64,000 bases of DNA from Azolla caroliniana (GCA_043228905.1 JBHGNT010000013.1:8184001-8248000), one strand, 5' to 3'. Shown: positions 1-12,868, numbered from the stretch's first letter. The notes: generated by a model not told the origin, from the sequence alone. Numbers and translations are program-made.

Positions 1-1372
1 AGCACTGAAGCTGAATACCGGGGCGCTACCAATGCCACCTATGAAGCCATCTGGCTTCGACGACTGCTGCGAGATCTCCAGATCGAGGTCCTAACCCCGA
101 TCCTGATCCACTGTGACAACATGAGCAGCATATAGCTCACCAAGAACCCCGTATTCCATGCTTGAACGAAGCACATAGAAGTGCATTATCACTTCGTGCG
201 TGAGCGTGTCCTAAGCGGTGAAGTCAAACTTCGGTATGTTTAGACGGATTAACAGGTTGCCGACATCTTCACCAAACCGCTCAGATCGGACAAGTTGCAG
301 CACTTCTCGGAGATGCTCGGCATTCAGCATCTCGATGTGCCACACTTGAGTAGGAGAACATGAAAGGGATTGGATAGCACCAGACAAGGAGCCGGAGAGG
401 AAGAAAGAATCAACAAAGGGGGAGACTAGAGGAAAAAGGGGGCCGAGTCGACGAAGGAAGTTGGCACATCTGAACAAGTCGGAACGAGCAACAGAGTCAA
501 GAAGGACAGAGCCGACTGGAAGGAGAAGGGCAAGACCTAGACATGGTCTGACGTGGTGAAGGGCCTGAAACCGGAAGACAAATTGGAGAACACCGACTCG
601 GAGAAGAGCAGGAACGAATCGGAGACAACCGATTCACTTCAATAGTTGGATTCGGAGGAGCCGGATTGACTAAAGGCCAAGAGAACATGGACGCAACGGA
701 AGTTGATGCCAACACGAAGGAACCGACAGGTCGACAAGCGTCGGAGTCATAGTAGCGAGGGAGCTTATATGGGCCTGTTGAGCAGACAAGCCGACCGAGG
801 AGGTTGAGGTGCGCAGAACCAGAAGGGTCACGACAAACAGGACCGGACCAGATGAGGAGCGCGAGCAAGGCGGAGCAATGCCAAAAGGAGCCAGGTAGAA
901 GAACCGGCAGCCACAGACACTAACACCACGATCCGACCTCAAGTTGAGCTTGAGGGGGAGTGTTGAGCGAGCAAGCTTAACCGGATGCAATCGGTTGAAT
1001 AAGCGTGAGCCGGATTGGCATCTGGAAGGATGAGCCTGATCGGTATCCTGATGGTATCCGAAAAACAACCGACCGTATCGGAGAGTCGGATTCGAGCAGG
1101 AACCGGAAGCCTAATTGTCTTGTAGTTAGTGTCAGTTGCACGTAGGAATATTGAAGTACATGTCAGTCCTTTATGGACTTGTATAAAAGCGCTCTCTGAG
1201 CACATTCTATGCACAGAGTGTTTTTATTATTTTGAATCTACGTTTACGTTCTGCTCTCTCTATCTCTCCCGCGTATACTCTTTGTGTATTAAGCTTCCCC
1301 ATTAAACCTTCATCTTATTCTCTGTTGCTATCCGGTTGAGCCGGTTCTGTCTAACGCTTCCGCACGTTAACA
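1..1372 (+). mobile_element. 3' part of a Ty1/copia LTR retrotransposon (degenerate RNase H, 3' extension, PPT, 3' LTR 961-1372)
   Basis: 1-360 translates to STEAEYRG..AIWLRRLL..HCDN..KHIEVHYHFVRE with stops; PPT gagggggag ends at 960; LTR tgttga...ttaaca; same family as 5959-11325. Confidence 0.92.
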
Positions 1373-2540
1373 TTCACAATATGGCTAGAACTATGATTAT
1401 ACCATAAAGGAGCCGACGACATATGGCGATGGATAGTTCGACAATACGAGAAAGAAGCAGTTTTGCGCGAGGCACATTGTGGTATTGCTGGCGGTCATTA
1501 TGCGGGAGAAAATTTGGAATAACGGTCTGTGGTGGCCGACTACCTCAAAAGACACAGTCGACTATTGTCGACAGTGCGATTTATGTCAGCGAACCGACCA
1601 ACGCACAGAAAAAGATAGGATGCCTCATCAACCGCAATTACCTTTGGAGCCATTCCAAAAATGGAGTCTCGACTTTGTTGGACCATTCAAACCAACAGTT
1701 GCGCGAACCGGGAATCGCTGTATTATAGTTGCCACTAACCATTGTACCAAGTGGGTTGAAGCCAAAGCACTTAAAGATAACATGGCGACATCCACAAGCA
1801 AATTTCTTTATGAGTCTATATGGTGTCGATTCGGTTGCCCAATCGAACTAGTAAGTGATTAGGGTACTCATTTTATAAATAAAATTGTACATGAGCTATC
1901 CCCTTATTACACAATGGTACATAAAAGAAGTATGTCGTACTATCCTCAAGGCAATGGATTGGCAGAATCGACAAACAAAACCTTACAAATGATTTTGTGA
2001 AAAATAGTTAATGAGAATAGAACTGATCGGGACGAGAAGCTTCATAATGATTTATGGGCATACTAGATGTCATATAAAACAGTTATCAAATCGACCCCGT
2101 TTCGAATGGCATTCGGACTAGAAGCTGTAATGCCAGTCGAATTCCAAATTCCGACACTACGAGTTCAAATAACCGAAAGATTAGATGAAGAACAGTCTGA
2201 ACAAGTGAGGAAAGAACAATTGTTGGTATTGGAGGAAAGTCAGCTTCAAGTTATGTGTGCATTAGAGCAGAAACAAAGACAAACAAAGGCATTTGTGGAC
2301 CAACACCGAAAACAAAAGGAAAATATGTTTGAAGTCGGTAAACCAGTGTTGGTATTTCAAACAAAGATGGGTTTGATGCCAAGTAAACTTCAATTTTGGT
2401 GGACAGTACCATTTTGGATAATCAACAACAAAAATGATACACATATCAAGTCGGAACGTTGGCAGGAGAAATTTTGTTGAAATAGGTGAATGGATTTCGA
2501 CTCAAGCCTTATCAATGACCAATGCTGGAAAACCCATTTG
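1373..2540 (+). pseudogene. Ty3/gypsy integrase, Tat/Athila-like, disrupted
   Basis: EAHCGIAGGHY, CRQCDLCQR, PFQKWSLDFVGPF, TKWVEAKAL, CRFGCPIELVSD, TPFRMAFGLEAVMPVEF; stops and frameshifts. Confidence 0.9.
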
Positions 2541-2959
2541 GAGATGGCATTGACGATGACAATTGGCCGACCACATAGCAATGTGGCAAGGGGACAAAAG
2601 TGTAAATATGTTTAAAAAGAAAAAAACTTGGCAAATATATAACAGAAAAAAATTCTAGCATGATGACTTCTTGGCACTGTCCTTTTCATACTATAAATGA
2701 ACAGGCTAACAAATCATTTAGTATTCATTATGAGTGGTGGTTATTAAAAGCATTATTATATATTCGTACTATCATTACCATTAATAGCAGGTTTTCATTA
2801 AACTCCTCGAAAAATGGCCCAACTTTTCTCCAAAAACACTTCTTCTCCATTCAGTATCACACAACACAAACGTCTTCAAGCGCATAGAGCACAAAGCTTT
2901 CAAGCTTCTCCCTTTTGCTTCTCTCCATCACTCACCGATCACTCCGACACCATTGAAGA

Positions 2960-3330
2960 CGATACCGTGCCGATTCTAGTATCTGACAGGCTTCGTAACT
3001 AGTTGCACATCAAGGGACTGCAAGGATATCTGAGGGTTGCAGATGTCAAACCCCATCCCTACGCTGCAGAAATCGTGAATCAAATCGATGCCGCCAAAAT
3101 CACCAACAGACAGGTATGCCAATTTCTCAATCTTAAAAGGGAAGGGTTCGATGGTATGGAGCCACTGAAACCGGAAGTGCTAAGGTCATATTTCGGCGAA
3201 TATTTGCCGTCAGACAAAGCAGGGCGGTGAAGACGAAATATTCCAGGAAGTGGCCAAAATCTTGCTAGAAGTGGCTTTCGTCAGTCCCCTATTCTACTGC
3301 ATGCCCAGACAAAGGGTATGATTTGTTATC
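2960..3330 (+). pseudogene. Fragment of an extra sense ORF downstream of gypsy integrase, unknown product
   Basis: ORF 3003..3230 plus adjacent coding-like sequence after an AT-rich spacer with TATA-like tataaat near 2692; no recognised motif. Confidence 0.35.
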
Positions 3331-4156
3331 CACATGTGCCTAACATCATTGGTAGAAGATTATCATTCTATTAAGATCGGGAAATAGTACAAATAACAAT
3401 ATGCTCAACGTAATATGGTAACAATGAACAAGTAGATGGAGATGATAATGACAATAATAATCATGATGATGATGAAGACATAATCTTTTCAGCATAAATA
3501 AATCTTAAAGTTTCCATTTGAAAGGATAAGCAATAAATATTAAAGCTTAAAAAACAGATCTGAAATAACCAACGCTTAAAAGACAGTTCTGAAAAAACAA
3601 TTCTGAAGACATACTGAGGGAAGGAGAAGATATACCGAGGGAAGGAGATGACATATCAAGGGAAGGAGAAGACATACTAACGAAAGGCGAAGATGTCTCA
3701 GATGTGTGACACAAAGAACGCTTGATCATTTTCACATAGGTTTGATTCGTAGATAAGGAATGGCAAGATCCCAAATCTTGGGGACATTTGTGTGCTGTGA
3801 ATACCTGAGATGCAGAGAATGACAAACAGTGAATCTAAGATGGGCTCGGTTGGAAGGAGGAAGGGGATGCGCCAAAATGGTGAGAAGCACCAAATTCAAT
3901 TAATGTGGCATGCTAAATTAAAAGTGAGGGGGAAATAACCCCCAAATCAATCCTGACTCATGAATACGCAACAACTATCTCCCCCCATTAAATGCAAGGT
4001 GTACTACCCCCACCCCACTCCCTAAAAAGATTATAAAATTTTTCGATTTTTTTAAAAGCTTTTTTATAATTACTTAGTACTAATAGTAGTAAAAGTACTC
4101 GTGTTTTTCTTGGCCAAAAACTGTACTTTTTGGTACACCGTAGCATGCTTCGACCC
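3330..4156. mobile_element. Terminal fragment of a second Sola2-like DNA transposon
   Basis: Ends with ttggccaaaa..ttggtacaccgtagcatgcttcgaccc, matching the end at 18775-18813 (ttggccaaaagttggtacaccgtagcgtactttcacccc) in the same orientation; left boundary approximate. Confidence 0.55.
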
Positions 4157-4237
4157 GTTGGCTAATTGGTAAGATGTGAGGCTCATAAGGTGGAGGTTGT
4201 TAGTTCAAGTCCTCTCTTATCTTCATTGTGGATAACA
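4157..4237 (-). mobile_element. Remnant LTR start (TGTTATCC on - strand at 4237) carrying a tRNA-like module on the + strand
   Basis: A-box-like tggctaattgg 4159-4169, ctcataa loop, B-box-like agttcaagtcc 4202-4212; similar to the reverse complement of 18871-18931. Confidence 0.5.
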
Positions 4238-4262
4238 CCTAAAACTTAATTAGTTCCAAGGT

Positions 4263-5137
4263 TTGAAACTGTTTTTTGTTAGAAAGTTAAAAGAGAGGAA
4301 CAAATGTTGTTGTGTGTACCACATTAAAATGGACATGTTAAGGCTTGGCCTGAACACTATGCGCACTGATTCTAAGGGTATACACGGGGATGAGTGTGTT
4401 TGCACTTGTGAGGTATGTAGACCAAACGAGAGTGATAATAGATGTAATGCGCGAAACATGACGTATGCATTGGTTTCTGAGTTATGGAGGTCTTTTGTTT
4501 GTGAAAAACAACCATCATCTGAGTGGCATAATCGTACATGTCTTCTAAGAACATGTAAAGTTTGCTCACGACCACCATTTTGTAGACAGGAGCTTGATGT
4601 AGATAACAATCATATTGTGAAATGGAAATATTTAGAGTATGTGACAAAAAATATAGGTAAGGGTCTTGTTAGTAAGCATATCAAGGAAGTATATAAGGAG
4701 ACATCTGCTGCTACCCTTGTCTCAGAGTTTAAGAACCAACTCGAGGAGTTCATTCCACATAACTTTAGGAGTTATTGGCAACAGTTCAAGGAATGTATAA
4801 ATAACTTACCACCAGATGTTATAGTATCTGTTATTGACTTTGTAGAGAACTATATGTTTAAAGTTCAAAATGAGGTTCAATCAATGCATTGGTACAATGA
4901 CCAATATAAAATACTTGTACATATTTGCTACTTGAGAAAAGACGGTGAGTTACATAAGAAATCAATATTCTACATTTCAGATGATAGAAAGCATGATACG
5001 CTATTTGTTCAACATTGTTTTAAGTTTCACCATGCAGATTTACTGTCCTTGGGTGTTAACTTTAATCGGCATTGGGTTTGGTCTGATGGTGCTACCTCAC
5101 AATTTAAGGTGGCCCGGTCCTTCTACTTCATTGCAAG
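4263..5137 (+). pseudogene. Sola2-like DDD transposase, upstream exon (N-terminus lost)
   Basis: CCCVYH and Cys-rich region, IDFVENY..QNEVQSMHW, YISDDRKHD, WVWSDGATSQFK; ends at AAG|GTGAGG donor at 5138. Confidence 0.8.
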
Positions 5138-5307
5138 GTGAGGAAATAATCCATATGTTTGGTACTTATAAATGAAAGTCTATTTTGATAATACTCCATA
5201 GTACTTATAAATGTTTGTATAAAATATTGAATTAGTAAATCTCTAGCTACATGCACCAGTATTGTCTTGGAATGTGAATCTGAACTGATTGGCCATTTAG
5301 TTCTCTC

Positions 5308-5590
5308 CTCCTAGATTGACTAGTACTGATTATGGTAATAACCATGTTAAGTAAACTTAACTTACAAGTTAGTATTGTCGTCCTAGATTCACTAGTACTG
5401 ATTATGGTAATAACCATGTTAAGTAAACTTAACTTACAAGTTAGTATTCTCGTCCTAGATTCACTACTGATTATGGTAATAACCATGTTAAGTAAACTTA
5501 ACTTACAAGTTAGTATTCTCGTCCTAGATTCACTACTGATTATGGTAATAACCATGTTAAGTAAACTTAACTTACAAGTTAGTACTGTCA
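5308..5590. repeat. 60-63 bp tandem repeat, about 4.5 copies, in the transposase intron
   Basis: Unit cctagattcact(agt)actgattatggtaataaccatgttaagtaaacttaacttacaagttagtattctcgt. Confidence 0.95.
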
Positions 5591-5958
5591 TCCTATGTGT
5601 ACATGTACTAATTAAGGTTGAGGCCTTGTAATGTATTCATAATTTACAACATAGTATTGTCCCCAAATGTGCACATGCACAAGTACTAACAATGGTTTAC
5701 AACTAAGTACTCAGATCCCACATGCACAAGTACTAATTTATAACTTAGGATTGTATTCCGTCATTGGCATGAGTACTAATTTATATATCTCAATACTGCC
5801 ATCTCTTGTGCATTAGTACTAATGAATAACTTAATACTATCCTCTTTCGTTCATTAGTACTAATTTATAACTTTGGACTGCCATCCAGCAAACACGAGCA
5901 CTAATTAATACTTATCTTGCCCCCTCTCAGTAATGTTTGTACTAATTCATAACTTAGC

Positions 5959-8900
5959 TGTTGAGAGACAAGCTCAACATTGGCCGGATCGGTACCGATG
6001 CGCAGACCGGTGTGTAGGAAGGCCGGATCGGTGCAGAAACCGTGAGGCCATCGGAAAGATATTCCACAAGGAATATATTTGGGAGTTAGTGTAGGGGCTC
6101 CTTGATGAGCATTGAAGTACTGTCAGTTCGAAAAGGACTTGTATAAAAGTGTTCATTGAACACACACGATGTATAGATTGAGTATTATTTTGAATATAGT
6201 TTTGGTTTTTACTCTCTCTCTCTTTGTCTTTGTCTCTCCAGTGCATACTGTGCAAACCTAAGCTTTCCATTAAACCTACGTTTTCTGTTGTTTAGTTTCC
6301 TATATTGCTTCCGCACGCCATTCTTTTCATGGTATCAAAGCGCGAGGGTTGAGAACCTCTGCAGTCGACTTTGCTTGAAGGAAAAACCAACGAAGAAGAA
6401 CAAGAAAACTGATGGACATAGGAATGGCTAGCTTGCTTCCGACGGAGAAGCTCGATAGAACCAACTACGCATCTTGGTCCTACAAGATGCACCAGTACCT
6501 GCTTGGGCACGGTTACTGGAGCTATGTCGAAGGAGCGAATGACACAACACCCGAATCGACACACAAAGGCTTCCCGGCGTGGGAACAATCGGCGAGTAGA
6601 GTGTTGTACTGTTTCATGTCTTGTGTGGGCGAACAACTATTAAGCTATGTTCGGGATGTAAAAATGCCAAAGGGAGCGTGGGAAAATCTGAAGAAGATCT
6701 TCGCCGCGAGCACCAGAGCCAGGAAGCTTCAGCTCCGACAAGAGTTGAGCAACCTACGACAACGCGATTTGTTGGCGACTGACTATACCTCGAAGATCAA
6801 GGACATATGCGACTCCTTAGCTTCCATCAATGTGAACATCGAGGAAAGCGAGATGGTCCAGGTCTGTCTCAGGGGTTTGGCATCGAAGTTCGGGGCGTTC
6901 TGAATTACTGTGTGTACCCGGGAGAATACACCGGCCTTTTTCAACTTACAGTCGATGCTCCTGGTAGAGGAGAACCACGTGGGTGCATCAACGAGCACGC
7001 ACACCGACAACAAGATGTTGTACACGGAGGGAGATAGGCCCCGTGGACGTGGAGGACGAGGTGAGTCGGTGCGCAATGGAGGCGGTCGACGAGATCAAGG
7101 AAGGAGGGACCGAAATGATGCCGACAGCAATTCCGGACCCTCCGGGAATAGGGGGAGTCGAGGCGATGAGAACCGGCAAGGGAAACCTGCCACGGAATGC
7201 TGGTACTGTGGCAAGAAAGGGCACAAGGAGAGTGAGTGCTGGAAAAAGCGCACCGAGTCGGAGAGGACCGGTTTCAGATCTGGTTCCGGACATATCGACA
7301 AAGGAAACCAGCAACTATTGTACTACGCCGAAGGATCTGGAAAAGCCAGAAAAGGGTCTGCCTTCGTGACGAGACACGAAGCAAACTCAATGAAGCAGAC
7401 CACCCCGAAATCGGACGAGGTGTGGTATGTCGACCCCGGTGCGTCAAATCACATGACGAGCCATAAGGAGTGGTTCTTGGAGCTAGAAAAACCGATGCAA
7501 CCGGGAGTAGTCGCAACCGGAGATGACACTCCGCATCCGATTGCGAATGTCGGAGAAGTTCCCCTAAGCCATGTTGGGCAGAAAGGGAAACTCATGAACG
7601 TGCTACACGTTCCGACAATCACGAAGAACTTGGTGTCGGTCGGACAGATCGTCGACCAAGGGATGGAGGTCCGGTTTACACACCTCGGGTGCTTCATTGA
7701 GAGAAGAAGGCCGTGTTATTGCGCAAGGGCGCAGAGATGGGAGGATGTTCATCCTCGACTCTACTGACGATGGCACCACAATGTTCGCAAAGGGACAAAA
7801 TGTCGAGTCAGACATCGACTTATGGCACAAGTGGATAGGCCACGTCAACTACCAGCGGCTTCAAGACCTGCAATCGAAACAAGTGGTGTTCGGATTGCCC
7901 AAATTTAGTGGCCGTAAGGCACAAATTTGTGAAGCCTACCAGCTTGGGAAGCAACACCGACTTCCTTACCCCAGCGAGCGTAACCGGAGCCGGAACAAGC
8001 TCGACTTGATACACTCTGATGTGTGGGGGCTGGCACAAAACGTTAGTCTTGGCGGGAGCCGATATTTCTTCTCCTTCATCGACGACTACACGCGGCACAT
8101 GTGGATCTACCTCATTGAGAGGAAGAATGAAGTCTTCGACTATTTTTGGGACCTCAAAGGGTTCGTGGAAACGGAAACAGGAAGAAAGATCACGCGTCTA
8201 CGGTCAGATGGCGGAAAAGAATACTTTTCCGGTCAATTCAATGGTTATCTACAACAAATGGGAATTCGGCGCGAATTCAGTTGTAGATACACGCCGGAGC
8301 AAAATAGCGTGGCCGAGAGGAAAAATCGGTTGGTTGTGGAAGCAGCACAGCAATGCTGGAGGAGAAGAGCTTGCCCAAGTTCTACTGGGCCGAGGCCGTA
8401 AGGACCGCGGTATACATCCAGAACCGGATCAAAGACAAAGCGTCAGCGCACGAGCTATATTTCGGAACGAAGCCGAACTTGCAACACTTACGAGTTTTTG
8501 GTAGCATTGCGTATGTGCATGTGCCGAAGGAGAAACGGAGGAAGCTGGACGCAAAGGCTAAGAAATGTATCTTGGTCGGTTACTCGGACGAGCAAAAGGG
8601 TTATACGTGTTATAACCCGCGCACCAAACAAGCGCGTGTAAGCCGCGACGTTGTGTTTGATGAGTCCGCGTCCTGGTACTTGCTTTCGACTCCGGATCTC
8701 AAGTCCAATCCGAGTTCTGACGATGAGGTCAGCAATATTGAGATGACTCAGGATGAGCCTGAAATCGGGACCCCCGAAGAGAGTCCGATTTCGTTTCGGT
8801 TAAGTGGACCGAATGGACAACTGAGTCGGTTCGACCAGTCCGATAAAGAGTTGGCGAGAAGTGGAGACTCGGTCATGCATTCTCCATGCAAGAAGCCGAG

Positions 8901-11325
8901 GAGACGGCCTACGTGCAAAGAGAAAGGGAAGAAGAAGGTGTCGGATTCCGGCACGGATAGGAACGAGTTAGACCGACGCGAGTCCAACTCCGAGGGAAGC
9001 GGTGATAGGTCCTCAAGAGCGAAGTCCGCGTTGGCCGAGAAGACCTCGACATCAGCTAATGACCGATTACACCGATCTACCCGCTAGAAGAACCCAGTTG
9101 TGCAGTTCGGATACAACGAGCACATGGCGCATCATTATGCGTACAGGACCCGTGTAGCGGAAGTGTGTGAGCCGGAGCTGCGGCAAGGGGTGGCACTTAC
9201 ATCAAATGGATGTAAAGAATGCATTCCTGCAAGGTGAGCTTGAGGAACAGGTGTACATGGTACAACCCCCTAGATTTCACTCCGGAATGAACACATCGGC
9301 AGTGTGCCGATTGAAGAATTCCCTTTACGAACTGAAGCAAGCCCCGCGTGCCTAGAATCCGAAGATCACGCAACAACTGCGTCGGATGGGCTTTGCAACG
9401 TCAAAATCGGACTCTTCCCTGTTCATCCGGAAAGGTCGACTCGGTCCGATCAGTATTTTACTATATGTTGATGACTTGGTCAGCACCGGCGCCGACCTAG
9501 GTGAAATCGACCGCGTGAAGCTCCAACTTGCGGCATCGTTCAACATGAAGGACCTGGGGGATCTTCATTACTTCCTCGGGATCGAAGTGATCCGTACCCC
9601 CGAAGCCATATTGATCAACCAACGCCATTATGTGCTGAGTATGCTCTTCAAATTCGGGATGGCCGACTGTAAGTCCGTCTCAACTCCTCTGGATAGAACG
9701 GTCAAGCTTCGCCCCAACTCCGAAAAGGTATGCGACCCGGCGAGGTTCCAAAAAATTGTCAGAAGCCTTATCTACTTGACAATCACCCGACCCGATCTCA
9801 GTTATCCGATCGGGGTGATTAGTCAATTCATGGTGCAACCGACCGAGGAGCACCTTCAGTGTGCGCAACACGTAATGCGGTACGTAAGTGGCACTAAGGA
9901 CCGGGGACTGTTATACCGGACCGGTAGAGGCTCGCAGTTGGTTGGCTACACCGATGCTGATTGGGCTAGCAACGCCGCCGATCGCCGATCCACGTCCGGA
10001 TACACGTTCTCTCTTGGAAATGCCACGATAGTGTGGAGCAGTAAGAAGCAGCCAACAGTTGCACTGTCGAGCACCGAAGTTGAGTATCGAGGAGCGGCTG
10101 TCGCAACATGCGAAGCCATATGGTTGAAGCGGCTACTTAAGGACCTGCAAGAGGAGGTGTCCGATCCGACGATGATCTACTGCGACAACTTCATCAACCT
10201 CTAGCTCGTGAAGAACCCCATTTTCCACACATGGACCAAGCACATTGAGGTGCACTACCATTTTGTCCGTGAGCTTGTCCTTTCTGGTGAGGTGAAACTT
10301 CAGTATGTTCCGACGGATCGGCAAACTACCAACATTTTCACCGAGCCCCTTGGTTTGGACAAGTTGCGGCAATTCTCGGGTGCGCTTGGGTTGCGTTACC
10401 TCGACGTGCCAAACTTGAGGGGGAGAACAGTCTTGAAAGACCGAGCAAGGGAGCAAGAAGGGAGCGAAAGAGGCCACAACACCGAGTCGGATGACGAATT
10501 CGACTTCGGATCGGCTGAAGAAGCCGAGGGCGGATCCGCGGAAGAGTCCAAAAGTGGACATAAGGGGAGCAGCCAAAAGAAAGAGCCAAAGCCAACCAAG
10601 CATGGGGGAGATGACGTCGTCAAAGGCGAGAAGGCCGAAGACGAGTTGGAGACAGCCAACTCAGACGAGAGCGAAAACCAATCGGAGGCAGCCGAGTCGG
10701 TTCGGATGTTTGATTCAGATACGCTGAATCAACCAAGGGCCAAGCGGAAAAGAAGGCAGCAGGAGAAGCACCAACACCACAACAACAAGGGAGATGTGAA
10801 GGGTCGTGGGAGCAGACAAGCCGACCGGAAGGGTCGAAGCGCACGAAATCAAATAGGCCGAGGAGTGAGAGCGAGGCGTGGAGCCAGGAGGAAACGGAGC
10901 GGTGACCTGGAAGATCCTGAAGAGCCTCAAGTTGAGCTTGAGGGGGAGTGTTGAGAGACAAGCTCAACATTGACCGAATCGGCTGAGCAAGCCGAGGACC
11001 GGATTGGTTAGGCCGGATCGGTGGAGAAACCGTGAGGCCATCGGAAAGATATTCCGTAAGGAATATATTTGGGAGTTAGTGTAGGGGCTCCTTAATGAGC
11101 ATTGAAGTTATGTCAATACTTCTGTCAGTCTACAAAGGACTTGTATAAAAGTGTTCATTGAACACACACGATGTACAGATTGAGTATTATTTTGAATATT
11201 GTTTTGGTTTTTACTCTCTCTCTCTTTGTCTCTCCCGTGTGTACTATGCAAACCTAAGCTTTCCATTAAACCTGCGTTTTCTATTGTTCGGTTTCCTATA
11301 TTGCTTCCGCATGCCATTCTTTTCA
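5959..11325 (+). mobile_element. Ty1/copia element with both LTRs (5959-6329, 10949-11325), defective
   Basis: TG..CA LTRs, TSD TTAGC at 5954-5958 and 11326-11330, PBS tggtatcaaagc at 6330 (initiator tRNA-Met type), PPT gagggggag 10940-10948. Confidence 0.97.
6412..10954 (+). pseudogene. Copia gag-pol polyprotein (gag, CCHC knuckle, protease, integrase, partial RT, RNase H, C-terminal extension)
   Basis: CWYCGKKGHKESEC, WYVDPGASNHM, LIHSDVWG, LRSDGGKEY, HQMDVKNAFL, LLYVDDL, GYTDADWA, KHIEVHYHFVRE; several stops/frameshifts and loss of the RT N-terminus near 9178. Confidence 0.95.
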
Positions 11326-11986
11326 TTAGCTGTATTCAACTTTGTTCGTTAGTACTAATTTATAATGTAGGATTGTTCTCTCTCATTAATATTAATTATT
11401 AACTTAGTACTATCCAACCATGTTCATTAGTACTAATTATTAACTTAGTACTGTCCAACTTTGTTCATTAAGACCAACTTATAACTTAGGACTGTCCTCT
11501 GTCATGCATTAGTACTAATTAATAACTTAGTATTGTCCAACTTTGTTCATTAAAACCAACTTATAACTTAGGATTGTCCTCTGTCATGCATTAGTACTAA
11601 TCAATAACTTAGCACTCTCCAACTTTGTTCATTACGACCAACTTATAACTTATGGTTGTTCTCTCTCATGCATTAGTACTAATTAGTAACTTACCACTCC
11701 CCTCTCTCGTCTGTTAGTACTAATTTTCAACTTAATACTATCCTTTCTCATGCATTAGTACTAATTAGTAACTTACCACTTCCCTCTCTCGTCTATTAGT
11801 ACTAATCTCCAACTTAGTATTATCCTCTCTCGTGCATTAGTACTTATCAATAACTTAGTACTATCCTCTCTTGTTCATTTGTACTGATTCAAATATTTGT
11901 ATTGTTCACTCATGTATAAGTAATACTTATGGTTTAAGTCATGCAATTAATTATGTTTGTTGGCTAACTGTCATGCAAACACCTAG

Positions 11987-12868
11987 ATACTTCTCATTGA
12001 CAAACATTAGGATGCAAAGGAACTACTTCGGGTCTGGACATGGAAAGGGAGAGCACGATGGCGTGGGGGCTGTGATCAAGCGTGCTCTTACATTGGAGCA
12101 GTTGGATAATAAAGGTGCTAAGCTACAAAATGCACATGATGTTGTGGAGTGGCTCACATGGAAGATGTCAAATGATGGTAAGAATAGATTGTTTATTGAG
12201 GTTCGTGCTAACGAAGGAGTAAATCATACGGTTGTAAAATTGTGAAAGGGACGCGCAAGACCTATTGTGTTTTAGGGTTTAGTCGCAAGGACACAACACA
12301 TTTGTTATTCCGCAGTTTATTGTGTGTTTGTTCCATGTGTTTAGATGAAGCTTGGGATGAATGCACCAATCTATCAATTGTGGAGCCATGGAAGCTACAG
12401 AAGCTAGAGATAGAACATAGTGTGAATATCCAAGAAAACAAACATTCAGACAATATTGTATACTACAACCAGTGTGAGGACTTTGCAATATTATTGGAAG
12501 TTGAAGATCATTTTACAGTGCTCAAATCTCCTTCGAATGAAGATTTTGAAGACTACTACATTGTGGTGTGCAAGCAACGAAATACAATATTAGAAGAAGT
12601 TGTGAGGGATGGCTGGGGCAACATGTTCAATGTTGGTGAGTTTGTCATGTATGGCAACTACTATGCATAGTTGCCACAATGAAAGAACACATATGCATTG
12701 TTAAAAGATGCACCCACCGCAATTATCTATGTTGATGCCATTATTGCAATCAAGTTCAAAATGATTCAAGCAAAGCACAAGGTTAAGGGAAAGTACAACA
12801 CTGTCTACAAAGTCCCCAAAGGGGTACACGAACACATCTTGGGGGAGGTCTCCCTCTTTAATGCTTAG
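11987..12868 (+). pseudogene. Sola2-like transposase, downstream exon
   Basis: Branch point ctaac 11964-11968, acceptor tag at 11986; RNYFGSGHGKGEHDGVGAVIKR, CVCSMC; frameshift near 12235 and internal stops. Confidence 0.8.

Larger units (their letters stand above)
5680..11890. repeat. Degenerate ~40 bp AGTACT-rich minisatellite (5680-5958 and 11331-11890) split by the copia insertion
   Basis: Recurrent cattagtactaat..ataacttag..ctgtcc units on both sides of the element. Confidence 0.85.

Noticed and set aside
4157-4216. Functional tRNA genes at the tRNA-like sites (also 18871, 19242, 54231, 55630, 60244)
   Set aside because: Acceptor and other stems are broken; only promoter boxes and partial arms remain, and they sit in LTR context
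5308-5590. CRISPR-like array or repeat protein (ORFs 5247..5591, 5332..5631)
   Set aside because: Head-to-tail repeats without unique spacers, in a eukaryotic intron; ORFs arise because unit lengths are multiples of 3
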